From NCBI GenBank assembly GCA_964638975.1, contig CAZXAJ010000005.1:18213-82212 (forward strand): a stretch of DNA of 64,000 nucleotides, in the 5' to 3' direction. Below are positions 53,689-64,000 of the stretch, one piece after another. Below the pieces are notes generated by a model. That model searched no databases. It saw nothing but the letters and a program-made list of their open reading frames with translations, and was not told the DNA's origin. Source of the stretch: an uncultured Dehalococcoidales bacterium (GTDB lineage: Bacteria; Chloroflexota; Dehalococcoidia; GIF9; AB-539-J10). The translations under genes were made by a program, and so were the position numbers. How positions within the stretch are numbered: the first letter of the stretch is position 1; each line of letters begins with the position of its first letter.

Positions 53689-54876
53689 TTATGCCCTGGG
53701 CATGCCCAATCCAAACCAGGCAATAACGTTTTTCTGTATCTCGTTAGTACCCGCCGCAATAGAGGATATGAAACAGCTATTAAGATTGCTTTCCCAGGCA
53801 CCTCCCATAGGAGCCCACTGGGAGGTCTTGACCTGACCGTAAGCGCCCAATGTATCAGCCGCAAGAGCAGCTACACGCTCCCATAACTCAGAGCTGTATA
53901 CCTTTATGGCCGAGGCATCGAATGGTGCCATCTGGTTCCTATCCTGCAGGTCAGCTATATGGTACGCCAGGGTGCGAGTTGCTTCGACTTCACATGCCAC
54001 CTCGGCAAGCCTGTTGCGAATGACTTTGTCCTGTGCCAGGAGCTTGCCTCCTACCTTCGTCTCATTACAATATTTGACTAAATCTTCCACCTGGCGTTGG
54101 ATGGTCATGACAGCGCCCACGTTGGACCTCTCAAAGCCCGACAAAGTCTGGCCAACCTTCCAACCCTCATTCTCTTCGCCTACAATGTTCTCCGCGGGAA
54201 CATGAACGTCGTCAAAGAAAACTTCATTATAGAAGTGTTTCCCATCAAAGAAGTAAAGAGGGTTTATGGTAACCCCGGGAGTCTTCATGTCCAGCAAGAG
54301 AAAGCTGAGGTTGTGACGTTTGCGACCTTGGAGGTCACTTTTAAACATTCCAAATCCCCAGTGAGCGCGGTGACCAAACGAGGTCCAGGTCTTCTGTCCA
54401 TTTATTATATACTCATTGCCTTTTCTTATAGCCGTAGTACTGAGGCTTGCCAGGTCGGAGCCGGCATTGGGCTCGCTCCATAATTGACACCATAAGGCTT
54501 CCCCAGTCCCAATGGGAGGGAGGAATCTTTTCTTTATCTCCTCGCTCGCTTCGTGGATAAGCATGGGTGCGAGCATGCCTATACCTATAGCATCAACGCC
54601 GGGAACGCCATGATATCCGGTAGCTTCGCCGAAGAAAACCTTGTCCATCGTAGTTCCCACACCACCATACTCAGATGGCCAGCCAAGCCGAAGCCAGCCC
54701 CTCCTGGCAAATTCCTTACGACAATACCCCTCATAAGCTATGCCTTCTTCGGTATCAGCCTCGAAGGCATCCATCAATGTATGTATACCTTCAGGCCTTT
54801 TCTTTTCCAGATCCTTGCATACATCGAAAAACTCCTTCCTTCTTTTCTCCTGTTCCTCCGTTAATCTAAAATCCAT
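53689..54876 (-). CDS. Acyl-CoA dehydrogenase (FadE-like, IAAGTNEIQ type)
   Basis: 395 aa. MDFRLTEEQEKRRKEF..., WSEPNAGSD, ...SSIAAGTNEIQKNVIA. Confidence 0.9.
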   Translation of the reverse strand: MDFRLTEEQEKRRKEFFDVCKDLEKKRPEGIHTLMDAFEADTEEGIAYEGYCRKEFARRGWLRLGWPSEYGGVGTTMDKVFFGEATGYHGVPGVDAIGIGMLAPMLIHEASEEIKKRFLPPIGTGEALWCQLWSEPNAGSDLASLSTTAIRKGNEYIINGQKTWTSFGHRAHWGFGMFKSDLQGRKRHNLSFLLLDMKTPGVTINPLYFFDGKHFYNEVFFDDVHVPAENIVGEENEGWKVGQTLSGFERSNVGAVMTIQRQVEDLVKYCNETKVGGKLLAQDKVIRNRLAEVACEVEATRTLAYHIADLQDRNQMAPFDASAIKVYSSELWERVAALAADTLGAYGQVKTSQWAPMGGAWESNLNSCFISSIAAGTNEIQKNVIAWFGLGMPRA

Positions 54877-55063
54877 CTTGTAACCTCCAAATTTGCAGTT
54901 TGTTTATAGTTTACATTCATAAATGGATTTAAACAAGTAACGCGAGAGTTCCTCAAAGCACCGTCACAATCGTAATTAGCAAACCAAAGCCCTAACTATC
55001 GCTGGCCAAGGCCATAGACCCATGGACTTGACGCCACGCATTGGCTATCTCTCGAAAATATTT

Positions 55064-55090
55064 GCACCCAGCGTGAGTAGTGCTGGGTGC
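55064..55090 (-). terminator. Hairpin terminator candidate after the dehydrogenase gene
   Basis: GCACCCAGC-N9-GCTGGGTGC (9-bp stem). The minus strand is followed by an A/T-rich run (AAATATTTTC). Confidence 0.5.
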
Positions 55091-55138
55091 CATCGCTTTG
55101 CTACCCGGTCAAAGCCCTTCTAGCCATAATGGCCTTGA

Positions 55139-56173
55139 TTACTTGGGTTGAATGCCCCACTTAGCCTTAAATCTCTCCTTTACCTGTGGGTTGACCAAGC
55201 CGTGGGGCCACTCCCCTTGCAATACCCTGGCTATCTCTTCCCAGGGGCGCCTAAACAGTTCTTCAGTTGACTCCTCTGAATAGTAGGCGAAATGACCGGT
55301 GATGAGAACATTATTTAGCTTGAGCAAAGGATTATCGGGGCTGGGAGGCTCTGCCTCCAAAACGTCTAACCCAGCACCTGCGATTAGTCCATCTGAAAGG
55401 GCGGTATAAAGAGCTTCTTCATCCACGAGTTCCCCCCGTGCCGTATTGATGAGATAAGCGTTGGGCTTCATCTTCTTAAATTGCTGAAGTCCCATCATGT
55501 GCTTGGTTTCTGGAGTGAGAAGGGCATGCAGGGAAACAAAGTCTGATTCTTCAAGCAGTTGGTCCAGCCCAACCGATTCTACTCTGAATCTCTTGAATAT
55601 TGTGTTAGGCAAATTGGGATCATAGGCAATAGTTCTGAGGCCAAAAGCTTTGGCTTTAGGGACAATGGTACGAGGAATCCTGCCAAAGCCAATAAGCCCT
55701 AAGGTTTGTCTGGACAGCCGATGTAACGGCTTCAAAGCGCTCAAGTACTCTGCCTGGGTACTCCATGCGCCGCTCCTAATCACGGGAAGTACTTGATAAA
55801 ACTTTCTGGCACAGGCGAGAATAAGTGCCATAGCATGGTCTGAGACCTCGTCTAGACAATAATCGGGAGCATTGGCAACGCAAATACCTTTTTCTGTAGC
55901 TGCGGCTGTGTCTACATTATCATAACCGATACTCATAAGGGTGATTATTCGGCATTTATTCAGATTCTCAATTACTTTGGGACTAAAAACATAACCGGGC
56001 GTTATCCTTGTCCCTGCTGCAATCACGGCATCGGCTTCAGAACAAGCCGAGATAAGTTCCTCCTCAGTCGTGCAGAAAGTCTTTTCCACTTCTGCCCCTA
56101 GCTTGTGCAGGAGCTCATCGTAGATAGGGATTGCCCCGGGTACAAAGAAGGTAATAACTACTTTTAAGCTCAT
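55139..56173 (-). CDS. D-isomer-specific 2-hydroxyacid dehydrogenase family protein
   Basis: 344 aa. NAD motif GLIGFGRIPRT, catalytic region ...NTARGELVDE...AGLDV...HFAYYS. Confidence 0.9.
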   Translation of the reverse strand: MSLKVVITFFVPGAIPIYDELLHKLGAEVEKTFCTTEEELISACSEADAVIAAGTRITPGYVFSPKVIENLNKCRIITLMSIGYDNVDTAAATEKGICVANAPDYCLDEVSDHAMALILACARKFYQVLPVIRSGAWSTQAEYLSALKPLHRLSRQTLGLIGFGRIPRTIVPKAKAFGLRTIAYDPNLPNTIFKRFRVESVGLDQLLEESDFVSLHALLTPETKHMMGLQQFKKMKPNAYLINTARGELVDEEALYTALSDGLIAGAGLDVLEAEPPSPDNPLLKLNNVLITGHFAYYSEESTEELFRRPWEEIARVLQGEWPHGLVNPQVKERFKAKWGIQPK

Positions 56174-56405
56174 GATTCATGCCTCCTTGCTTATTTTTGC
56201 CAGCTTTCTGCTACGCTTATTCCCATCAAAGGGGATAAGTTGTAGTGGACATTAATTCATTAGATAACTGGCCCAATGGCAGCGCAATAGCAATCGCCCC
56301 GAACCGGTATAATTATAGCATCGTCATGCGGGTTGTGGCTCAAAACTGTAGCTATTGCTGGAGCTAATCAATAACCTGGAACCTGCCTTGGAGCCAACAA
56401 AAAAG

Positions 56406-56434
56406 TTGACAAACAAACAGGAATATCATACAAT
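56406..56434 (+). promoter_or_regulatory. Consensus sigma70 promoter of the 16S rRNA gene
   Basis: TTGACA (56406-56411), 17-nt spacer, TACAAT (56429-56434), preceded by an A-run (UP-like). Confidence 0.6.
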
Positions 56435-56444
56435 CATGTTGGTA

Positions 56445-56472
56445 CTTTAACAATTGAATAGTGGAAGGAAGC
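56445..56472 (+). other. 5' arm of the pre-16S processing helix
   Basis: CTTTAACAATTGAATAGTGGAAGGAAGC is complementary (25/28, by eye) to 58076-58103. Confidence 0.6.
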
Positions 56473-56475
56473 TTT

Positions 56476-57990
<1,515 letters not shown>

Positions 57991-58075
57991 CTAAGGAGTC
58001 TTAAGTAAACAGCTTAGTGATTCCCAGGTCGGTCAATAGACGTAAACAGTCTGTTGTTGATTGTTCAGAAATTTT

Positions 58076-58103
58076 GCTTCCTTCCACTGTCCAGTTGTTA
58101 AAG
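58076..58103 (+). other. 3' arm of the pre-16S processing helix
   Basis: GCTTCCTTCCACTGTCCAGTTGTTAAAG, the reverse-complement partner of 56445-56472. Confidence 0.6.
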
Positions 58104-58280
58104 TGCTGTTCCCACCGCAAATTGTTGCAAATCTTCGTTAGCTCTCTGGCATTAAGATTATTACATTTCTAGTTCAACGAAACTGTGTCTTTTTAGTTGC
58201 AGTTGACGCTAACCCGACAAAAGGTTATTATTAATGTGTAATGTTTTGTTTTTATTATAACAACGAAATAAAGAGGGAAA

Positions 58281-59804
58281 ATGGACTATGCATTAGTGAT
58301 GAGCGGTCTCGCTCTTGTCCTGGGAGGCGTTGTTGGGTATTTTGCCAGGCAGATAATAGCCAATCAACAGATTCGAAACACGAGAAAAGAAGCGGAGAGG
58401 TTATTAGATGAGGCAACAACCAAGCATAATGAGGTACTCCATGCAGCTAGAGAAGAAGCTATCAAGGTTAGCAACGCCGCTGAGGCAGAGAATAAGGAAC
58501 GTCGCCTTGAAATACAACGGATAGAAAAGCGCGTTGGCCAGAAAGAAGAGGCGCTAGAACGGAAGATAGAGTCTATAGAGCGGCGTGACCATGATTTAGA
58601 GAACGCGAAAAAAGATGTTGAGAAGATAACAGCTGAACTCAAGGTAGTAAGAGAAAAGCAGCTGGCAAAGTTAGAATCTATTTCTGGCACATCTAGTCAA
58701 GAAGCAAAAGAGCTTCTGTTTCAAGCCCTAAAACAAGAGGTTGAAGAGGAGGCCTCACAAAAGGTCAGGGTGTGGGAGGCTCAGATAAAGGAAGAGGCTG
58801 ATGAGAAGGTTCGGGAAATTTTAGCTACTGCTATTCAAAGGTGTGCTACTGATGTTGTTTCGGAAACCACAATATCCGCTGTTCCCCTACCTAGTGACGA
58901 GATGAAGGGGCGACTTATCGGGCGTGAGGGGCGCAATATCCGAGCCTTGGAGCAAGCTACTGGCGTTGATCTTATCATTGATGATACTCCCGAAGCAGTC
59001 ACTATCTCCAGCTTTGACCCCGTGAGGCGTGAAGTAGCTCGCCTTGCCTTAAGCAAACTTATCCTTGATGGGCGCATTCATCCAGCTCGGATTAAGGAGA
59101 TAGTGGACAAAACTAAAACAGAGGTTGAAGCCACTGTCCGTAGTGAAGGTGAGCGGGCTGCTTACGAAGCTGGGGTGCCAGGATTACATCCTGAACTGAT
59201 CAAGTTACTCGGTCAGCTTAAATTTCGTAGCAGTTATGGTCAGAATGTTTTACTTCACAGTCTTGAAGTTTCTCATCTGGCGGGAATGTTGGCTGGCGAG
59301 ATTGGGGTTAATGTCAACGTGGCCCGGAAGGCCGGGCTGCTCCATGATATTGGAAAGGCGGTAGATTATCAAACGGAGGGTCCTCATGCCTTTATAGGCG
59401 CTGACCTGGTCAAGCAGTGGGATAAAAATCAGACCGTGGTTCAAGCCATTGCTGAACATCATGGCGAGGCCGCGACTAGTAGTGTTATGGGCTTTATTGT
59501 TGCTGCTGCCGATGCTATAAGCGGTTCGCGGCCTGGTGCAAGACGTGAATCTCTGGAGCAATATATAAAGCGCGTTAAGGAGTTAGAGGACATAGCTGGC
59601 GGTTTTTCCGGCGTAGAAAAGTCCTTTGCTATTCAAGCTGGGCGTGAAGTACGCGTCTTGGTAAAACCAGATAAGGTGGATGATTTAGGAGCGGTAAGAT
59701 TAGCTCGGGATATTTCTAAGAGAATAGAAGAGAGCATGACCTATCCTGGCCAGATAAAAGTAGTAGTGATAAGGGAGACCACAGCGATAGATTACGCCAA
59801 GTAG
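58281..59804 (+). CDS. rny: Ribonuclease Y
   Basis: 507 aa. N-terminal TM helix, coiled coil, KH domain ([15 protein letters not shown]), HD domain (LLHDIGKA...AEHHG). Confidence 0.9.
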   Translation: MDYALVMSGLALVLGGVVGYFARQIIANQQIRNTRKEAERLLDEATTKHNEVLHAAREEAIKVSNAAEAENKERRLEIQRIEKRVGQKEEALERKIESIERRDHDLENAKKDVEKITAELKVVREKQLAKLESISGTSSQEAKELLFQALKQEVEEEASQKVRVWEAQIKEEADEKVREILATAIQRCATDVVSETTISAVPLPSDEMKGRLIGREGRNIRALEQATGVDLIIDDTPEAVTISSFDPVRREVARLALSKLILDGRIHPARIKEIVDKTKTEVEATVRSEGERAAYEAGVPGLHPELIKLLGQLKFRSSYGQNVLLHSLEVSHLAGMLAGEIGVNVNVARKAGLLHDIGKAVDYQTEGPHAFIGADLVKQWDKNQTVVQAIAEHHGEAATSSVMGFIVAAADAISGSRPGARRESLEQYIKRVKELEDIAGGFSGVEKSFAIQAGREVRVLVKPDKVDDLGAVRLARDISKRIEESMTYPGQIKVVVIRETTAIDYAK

Positions 59805-59806
59805 AA

Positions 59807-60574
59807 TTGAAGTTATTAGGTATTGGCGATATCATCGGCAAGCCTGGTAGGAAGGCGGTTGGAGAAATCCTACCAAGCTTGTGTCATGAATATGATATTG
59901 ACCTGGTAGTGGGGAATGGCGAGAATGCTGCTGGTGGGATAGGGCTGACGCTAAGTACGGCACGGGAGCTTTTCGATGCTGGTATTGACGTCATAACCTC
60001 AGGTAATCATATTTGGGCTCACAAGGAGATCATTCCCTATTTAGATAGTGAACTCGCTCTGCTCCGCCCGTTGAACTACCCTCCGACAAATCCTGGTCGG
60101 GGCTATTTGTTTAATAATAATGTCCTGATAGTTAACCTCATTGGGCGTGTTTTCATAAATCATTTTGATTGCCCCTTTCGAGCCATGGACCAGCTATTGG
60201 CAGAGTTTGCAGGTAAATCAATCCCTATTATTGTTGACTTTCATGCTGAGGCAACTTCAGAAAAAGTGGCAATGGGTAGATACCTTGATGGACGAGTCAG
60301 CGCTGTGTTGGGTACCCATACCCATGTGGGTACTATTGATGCTCACATACTGCCCGGTGGCACAGCTTATGTCACAGACATAGGCATGGTTGGTCCTGTA
60401 GAATCGGTTATCGGGGATGACCCAGATTCTGTAATCAACCGCTTCCTTACTCAGATACCTAGTCGTTTATCGGTGGGAAAGGGAAAAGTCCAGTTCGATG
60501 CGATTCTGCTCGAGGTGGATGAAAGCACTGGCAAGGCATTAGATATCAAGCGTATCCAAAAAATAGTGAGCTAG
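59807..60574 (+). CDS. ymdB: YmdB-type metallophosphoesterase (2',3'-cyclic-nucleotide phosphodiesterase family)
   Basis: TTG start 2 nt after rny. KLLGIGDIIGKPGR...GNGENAAGG.G...DFHAEATSEK...GTHTHV. The rny-ymdB pairing is conserved in many bacteria. Confidence 0.85.
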   Translation: MKLLGIGDIIGKPGRKAVGEILPSLCHEYDIDLVVGNGENAAGGIGLTLSTARELFDAGIDVITSGNHIWAHKEIIPYLDSELALLRPLNYPPTNPGRGYLFNNNVLIVNLIGRVFINHFDCPFRAMDQLLAEFAGKSIPIIVDFHAEATSEKVAMGRYLDGRVSAVLGTHTHVGTIDAHILPGGTAYVTDIGMVGPVESVIGDDPDSVINRFLTQIPSRLSVGKGKVQFDAILLEVDESTGKALDIKRIQKIVS

Positions 60575-60621
60575 GCAGAAGAAAGGAGCATTCAGCCGCT
60601 GGTTTGGCTGAAACCTGATAA

Positions 60622-61383
60622 CTAGGAAAGCCTTACCCTTTCCACCACCTTGGACATTATTTCGCCAGCCTTGCCCTGGATGAGCACCGTGGCATGACGG
60701 TCGAGTGGGGTTGGAGTCAGATTGACGATAGCTAATTTAGCACCAGCACTTATAGCGTATGTCGGCACATAAGCGGCAGGATAGACGATAAGTGTGGAAC
60801 CAATAACGATAAAGAGGTCACATTTCTGCGAGCGGTAAGTAGCTTCTGTTAACTTATCCTGTGGTAATGCTTCACCGAAGAACACTCCATCTGGCTTCAG
60901 GATGCCATGACAATCAGGGCAGTCGGGAACTTCGACTCCCTCATTTATTTTTTGGAGTACTTCTGGCAGGGGGAGGCGTTTACGGCAGCTTAGGCACACC
61001 ACCCAACGCATATTACCGTGAAGCTCAAATACCCTATCTTCGGGGACTCCTGCCTTTTGATGAAGGTTATCGACATTTTGAGTAACGACGCAATCTAATT
61101 TGCCCAATTGGTAGAGTTCGGCGATGGCATAATGGGCGGGATTTGGCTCGGCTTCGGTGAGAAGTCCGCTTTCGGCGGACATCTTCCAAAGATCCCTACG
61201 AGCCGACGGGCTGCTGAGGAACTTCTGAATGGTGAAGTTCTCAGGGTCATATTTGCTCCAGATTCCTCCCGGGCTGCGGAAGTCGGGTATACCGGACTCA
61301 GTGCTTATGCCGGCTCCTGTAAACACGACGATATTTTTGGATTCTATGATAAGCTTGGCTAACCTTTCTATCTCTTCTATCAT
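60622..61383 (-). CDS. cobB: NAD-dependent protein deacylase (Sir2/CobB family)
   Basis: GAGISTESGIPDFRS, QNVDNLH, Zn module C..C...C..C, GSTLIVYPA. Confidence 0.9.
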   Translation of the reverse strand: MIEEIERLAKLIIESKNIVVFTGAGISTESGIPDFRSPGGIWSKYDPENFTIQKFLSSPSARRDLWKMSAESGLLTEAEPNPAHYAIAELYQLGKLDCVVTQNVDNLHQKAGVPEDRVFELHGNMRWVVCLSCRKRLPLPEVLQKINEGVEVPDCPDCHGILKPDGVFFGEALPQDKLTEATYRSQKCDLFIVIGSTLIVYPAAYVPTYAISAGAKLAIVNLTPTPLDRHATVLIQGKAGEIMSKVVERVRLS

Positions 61384-61394
61384 CTCATACCTTC

Positions 61395-62249
61395 CTATAA
61401 TATGACCTTCACCACTCTGTCGATACCGCCTAGGTCGGAAATCAGCTCGATACTGGCCTGTGGGAAGTAGCTATTTACTAGAGAAGTCGCTATTTTGCCT
61501 TGTCCTTGCCCTATTTCCAAAAGGAAACAGGCTCCATAGTCAAGTTTTCCAGGCATTTGTTCCAACATTTGTCGTATTTTGCCCAGGCCATTTTTACCAC
61601 CGGCCAGGGCTATCGTTGGCTCAAAATTTATTATCTCTGGGCTCAAATCCTTAAATTCACAAATTTTGATATAAGGCAAGTTGGCTACTATCATATCTAT
61701 GGGTTGTGGCAATGGCTCAAGCAAATTCCCCTGTAGAAGTTTGACCCGATCGGTAACTGCGTGGCGCCGGCAGTTCATCTCGGCTACCTGTAGAGCTGAA
61801 GCTGAAATATCCGTGGCATAGATTTTGGCTTGTGGCAATGCCAGGGCAAGGCTGATGGCAATAGCTCCGCAGCCCGTGCCGATGTCGGCTATGGTAATTT
61901 GCTTTTCCAGGTGGGAAATGTGGTGGGCAAGTTCCACAGTTTTTTCCACTAGAAGTTCTGTTTCCGGCCGGGGAATGAAAGTATGATAATTAATATAGAA
62001 GTCGATTCCGTAAAATTCGCAGTGCCCTAAAAGATAAGCACTAGGCTCGTGATTAAGGCGGCGCTGGACAAGATGCCTTAGATGCTCCGTTTCTGCTGAA
62101 CTTAAGCCCCTCTCTGGCTTCGTGTGAAGCTGTGTTTTAGACATTCTCAGGACATGGCCCAGCAAAAGCTCAGCCTCAACGAAGGCGTCAGCAATTCTTG
62201 CCCCGAGCAATGTTTGGGTAGCCGATTGTAAGGCTTCGCTTAAAATCAT
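61395..62249 (-). CDS. prmC: Release-factor glutamine N5-methyltransferase PrmC (HemK)
   Basis: 284 aa. SAM motif [14 protein letters not shown]. Substrate motif reads NLPY (IVANLPYI) instead of NPPY. Overlaps prfA by 4 nt. Confidence 0.85.
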   Translation of the reverse strand: MILSEALQSATQTLLGARIADAFVEAELLLGHVLRMSKTQLHTKPERGLSSAETEHLRHLVQRRLNHEPSAYLLGHCEFYGIDFYINYHTFIPRPETELLVEKTVELAHHISHLEKQITIADIGTGCGAIAISLALALPQAKIYATDISASALQVAEMNCRRHAVTDRVKLLQGNLLEPLPQPIDMIVANLPYIKICEFKDLSPEIINFEPTIALAGGKNGLGKIRQMLEQMPGKLDYGACFLLEIGQGQGKIATSLVNSYFPQASIELISDLGGIDRVVKVIL

Positions 62250-63316
62250 GTAAAGGCCGCTTCTAATTGTTCGACCTGCTCTTTGCTGAACAGGGCGTCA
62301 ATGATTTCGTCCAGCTCTCCATCTAAAACCTGCTGAAGGTTGTGAAAACTTGAGCTGATTCTGTGGTCGGTAACCCGGTTCTGGGGGAAATTGTAGGTGC
62401 GAATCTTTTCCGCCCGTTGGCCGCTGCCCACTTGCATCCGCCGATCTTTGTCTATACTTTCAGATTGTTTCCGTTGTTCCAGGTCAAGCAGCCTGGCCCG
62501 AAGCACCGCCATGGCCTTCATCCTGTTTCTTAGTTGGGACCTTTCATCTTGGCAGACGGCCATGATGCCTGTAGGTAAGTGCGTAAGTCGGACCGCCGTA
62601 GTCACCTTATTTACATTTTGCCCTCCAGCCCCCCCGCTATGGAAGAATTCCATTTTGAGGTCATCAGGATTGATGTTGAGCTCAATCTCTTCTGCCTCAG
62701 GCAGGACCGCTACCGTAGCTGTCGAGGTATGAAGTCGTCCCGAGGCTTCGGTGATTGGTACCCTTTGCACTCGATGGACACCCCGCTCGTGCTTAAGGCG
62801 GTTAAAAGCGCCTTTACCCTTGATTTCGAATATTAGCTCCTTGAAACCTCCGCGTTCACTTTGACTGCTATCGATGATTCCTGCCTGCCAGCCCTTGGCC
62901 TGGGCATATCGGCTGTACATGCGGAATAAGTCTGCGGCAAAGAGGCTTGCCTCCTCACCACCTGTACCAGCTCTTATCTCAACAATGACATCTCTGTCCT
63001 TGGTTGGGTCTTTGGGTATCAGAGAGAGCTTGAGTCGGCCAAGGAGGTCATCTTGCTGCTGTTTGAGTTTGCTTACCTCCTCATTGATTAAAGCTGTCAT
63101 TTCTGCTTCGGCATGGGAATTAAGTAGAGCTTCAAGCTCGGTTAGCTCTTTTCCCTTGGCTTTATATTCCTGGTATTTGTCAACAATATCTTCGAGCTCA
63201 GCCTTCTCCTTGCCCAGCTCTTGAAGCTGCCTGGGATCACTAACTATCTCTGCTTGAGCCAGGAGTTGGCTTAGCTCGTCATAGCGCTTTTGTATTAGTT
63301 CCAGTTTCTCAAACAT
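62246..63316 (-). CDS. prfA: Peptide chain release factor 1
   Basis: [15 protein letters not shown]..., P-x-T tripeptide (PIT), GGQ ([12 protein letters not shown]). Start is the ATG at 63316. The track extension to 63355 begins with a TTG that is the -35 of the promoter. Confidence 0.95.
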   Translation of the reverse strand: MFEKLELIQKRYDELSQLLAQAEIVSDPRQLQELGKEKAELEDIVDKYQEYKAKGKELTELEALLNSHAEAEMTALINEEVSKLKQQQDDLLGRLKLSLIPKDPTKDRDVIVEIRAGTGGEEASLFAADLFRMYSRYAQAKGWQAGIIDSSQSERGGFKELIFEIKGKGAFNRLKHERGVHRVQRVPITEASGRLHTSTATVAVLPEAEEIELNINPDDLKMEFFHSGGAGGQNVNKVTTAVRLTHLPTGIMAVCQDERSQLRNRMKAMAVLRARLLDLEQRKQSESIDKDRRMQVGSGQRAEKIRTYNFPQNRVTDHRISSSFHNLQQVLDGELDEIIDALFSKEQVEQLEAAFT

Positions 63317-63326
63317 AGCTAATACT

Positions 63327-63355
63327 ATTATAATACAGCAATAGAAGCTGCTCAA
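63327..63355 (-). promoter_or_regulatory. prfA promoter placed for a (near-)leaderless transcript
   Basis: Minus strand: TTGAGC (63350-63355), 17-nt spacer, TATAAT (63327-63332). Only 10 nt separate the -10 from the ATG, and there is no Shine-Dalgarno. Confidence 0.45.
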
Positions 63356-63471
63356 ATTTGAGGCTCTAGTTGTTATCCTGGCCCTGAACGAAGTGAGGAG
63401 GGAAGGCTTCAGGGTGACGGAGGGTGAAGGGCTCGGAATGACTCGAGGGTGTTAAGCTGTTCAAATTTGAG
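63345..63471. repeat. 18-bp direct repeat (17/18) flanking a 91-bp GC-rich hairpin-containing insert
   Basis: AAGCTGCTCAAATTTGAG (63345-63362) and AAGCTGTTCAAATTTGAG (63454-63471). The insert contains the hairpin GCCCTGAA (63381-63388) / TTCAGGGT (63408-63415). Confidence 0.6.
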
Positions 63472-63485
63472 TCAAGGGAGCTGGA

Positions 63486-64000
63486 ATGAAACTGGCACCG
63501 GATTGTTATGAATGCCTGCGAAGATTGCTTTGTCAAGCTGCTGACCTGGCTACGGATGATGCTTCACTGAAGCAGAGGGCAACAGAGGAAGCGACGAAGA
63601 TATTGGATAGTGCGTTCTCTTATAGCCAATTATCTATTGTGATTGCCACCAGGATTCACAAGGTGGTAAGAGAGGTGACCCACAATCCTGACCCTTACAG
63701 GACAATGAAGGAGAGGGAGATGACGCTCGCCAGGGAATTATATCCTGAGCTGAGGCCCCGATATGGAGATGATTTTTGGAGTTGCCTTAAGCTGGCCGCA
63801 GCGGCGAATGCTATCGATTTCTTCAGGGAGCCTGGTTCTATTAAAGAGGACATCAGGAATTCTGTAAGTTTTGCTGTAGATGACTCGGAGCAATTTGAGG
63901 CAAGGCTAAAATGTGCCGGCAAGGTTCTATATCTGGCTGACAATGCCGGCGAGGTCTACTTCGACCTGCCTCTGGTTAACTGGATGAAACAATTTACCTC
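63486..64000 (+). CDS. DUF89 / ARMT1-like damage-control phosphatase family protein, partial (runs off the right edge)
   Basis: Not in the track (no stop in window). MKLAPDCYECLRRLLCQAADLATDD...NPDPYRTMKEREMTLAREL...AAAANAIDF...LYLADNAGEVYFDL. AGGGAG Shine-Dalgarno. Confidence 0.7.
   Translation, partial: MKLAPDCYECLRRLLCQAADLATDDASLKQRATEEATKILDSAFSYSQLSIVIATRIHKVVREVTHNPDPYRTMKEREMTLARELYPELRPRYGDDFWSCLKLAAAANAIDFFREPGSIKEDIRNSVSFAVDDSEQFEARLKCAGKVLYLADNAGEVYFDLPLVNWMKQFT

Noticed and set aside
52517-54876. Calling the two ACADs a FadE28/29-type obligate heterotetramer
   Set aside because: Both proteins retain a candidate IVD-type catalytic Glu, and I cannot judge FAD-site loss by eye. 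This is kept only as a low-confidence possibility in the findings.
56380-56393. 14-nt AACCTGCCTTGGAG upstream of the rRNA promoter, identical to 16S positions 56599-56612
   Set aside because: Several such 14-mer repeats are expected by chance in a window this size, and no extended similarity flanks it.
57991-58280. Spacer tRNA genes or the start of 23S rRNA after the 16S gene
   Set aside because: There is no cloverleaf-compatible sequence (no GTTCGAATC-type T-arm) and no 23S 5' signature. The region holds the processing-stem arm and a promoter-like element for rny.

Overview
This is 64 kb of a bacterial chromosome. Every call was made by eye from the six-frame track and the raw sequence; no searches or folding programs were run. 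The single 16S rRNA gene (56476-57990) looks Chloroflexota/Dehalococcoidia-like to me, and the gene content fits a strict anaerobe. Both points need a database search.

Layout:
- (1) 1-7.8 kb, minus strand: an O2/ROS-defence block with flavodoxin, flavodiiron protein, a flavin-reductase-rubredoxin fusion, SufBC, a rubrerythrin-like protein, an unannotated 41-aa desulforedoxin, a TrxR-like protein, glutaredoxin, Hsp20 and DJ-1/PfpI.
- (2) 8.4-11.3 kb: a divergent OmpR-type regulator and a MEDS-PAS-PAS histidine kinase.
- (3) 11.6-15.1 kb: trmD-rplS-priA.
- (4) 15.3-19.5 kb: a stripped-down division cluster (orf-mraZ-rsmH-ftsA-ftsZ) with no peptidoglycan genes and a GTGGGG-repeat operator candidate.
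- (5) 19.5-25.3 kb: two decayed transposase fragments bracket a candidate GGA-rich sRNA and a tight nrdR-nrdJ-(GAF/endonuclease-like/HPRT fusion) operon.
- (6) 25.5-54.9 kb: a large acyl-CoA metabolism neighbourhood, interrupted by pyrG-tal-rho. It holds a family-I CoA-transferase, two long crotonases plus a third decayed copy, a TRAP transporter, two family-III CoA-transferases, THREE split B12-dependent acyl-CoA mutase pairs (two in tandem), two SDRs, a split MaoC hydratase, an NMO/FabK-like reductase and two acyl-CoA dehydrogenases.
- (7) 55.1-64 kb: a 2-hydroxyacid dehydrogenase, an orphan 16S gene with no tRNA or 23S behind it, rny-ymdB, cobB, prmC-prfA and a partial DUF89 gene.

The best candidate for something undescribed is the set of non-canonical acyl-CoA mutases embedded in a transporter / CoA-transferase / hydratase context, with no MeaB-type chaperone, no thiolase and no regulator in the window. 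Secondary candidates are the three-domain GAF-HPRT fusion and the promoter-to-U-tract GGA-rich RNA candidate. The window also carries an unusual load of gene relics (at least seven).

Functional assignments rest on motif recognition and remembered family signatures. Residue-level alignments were done by eye and are flagged as such.
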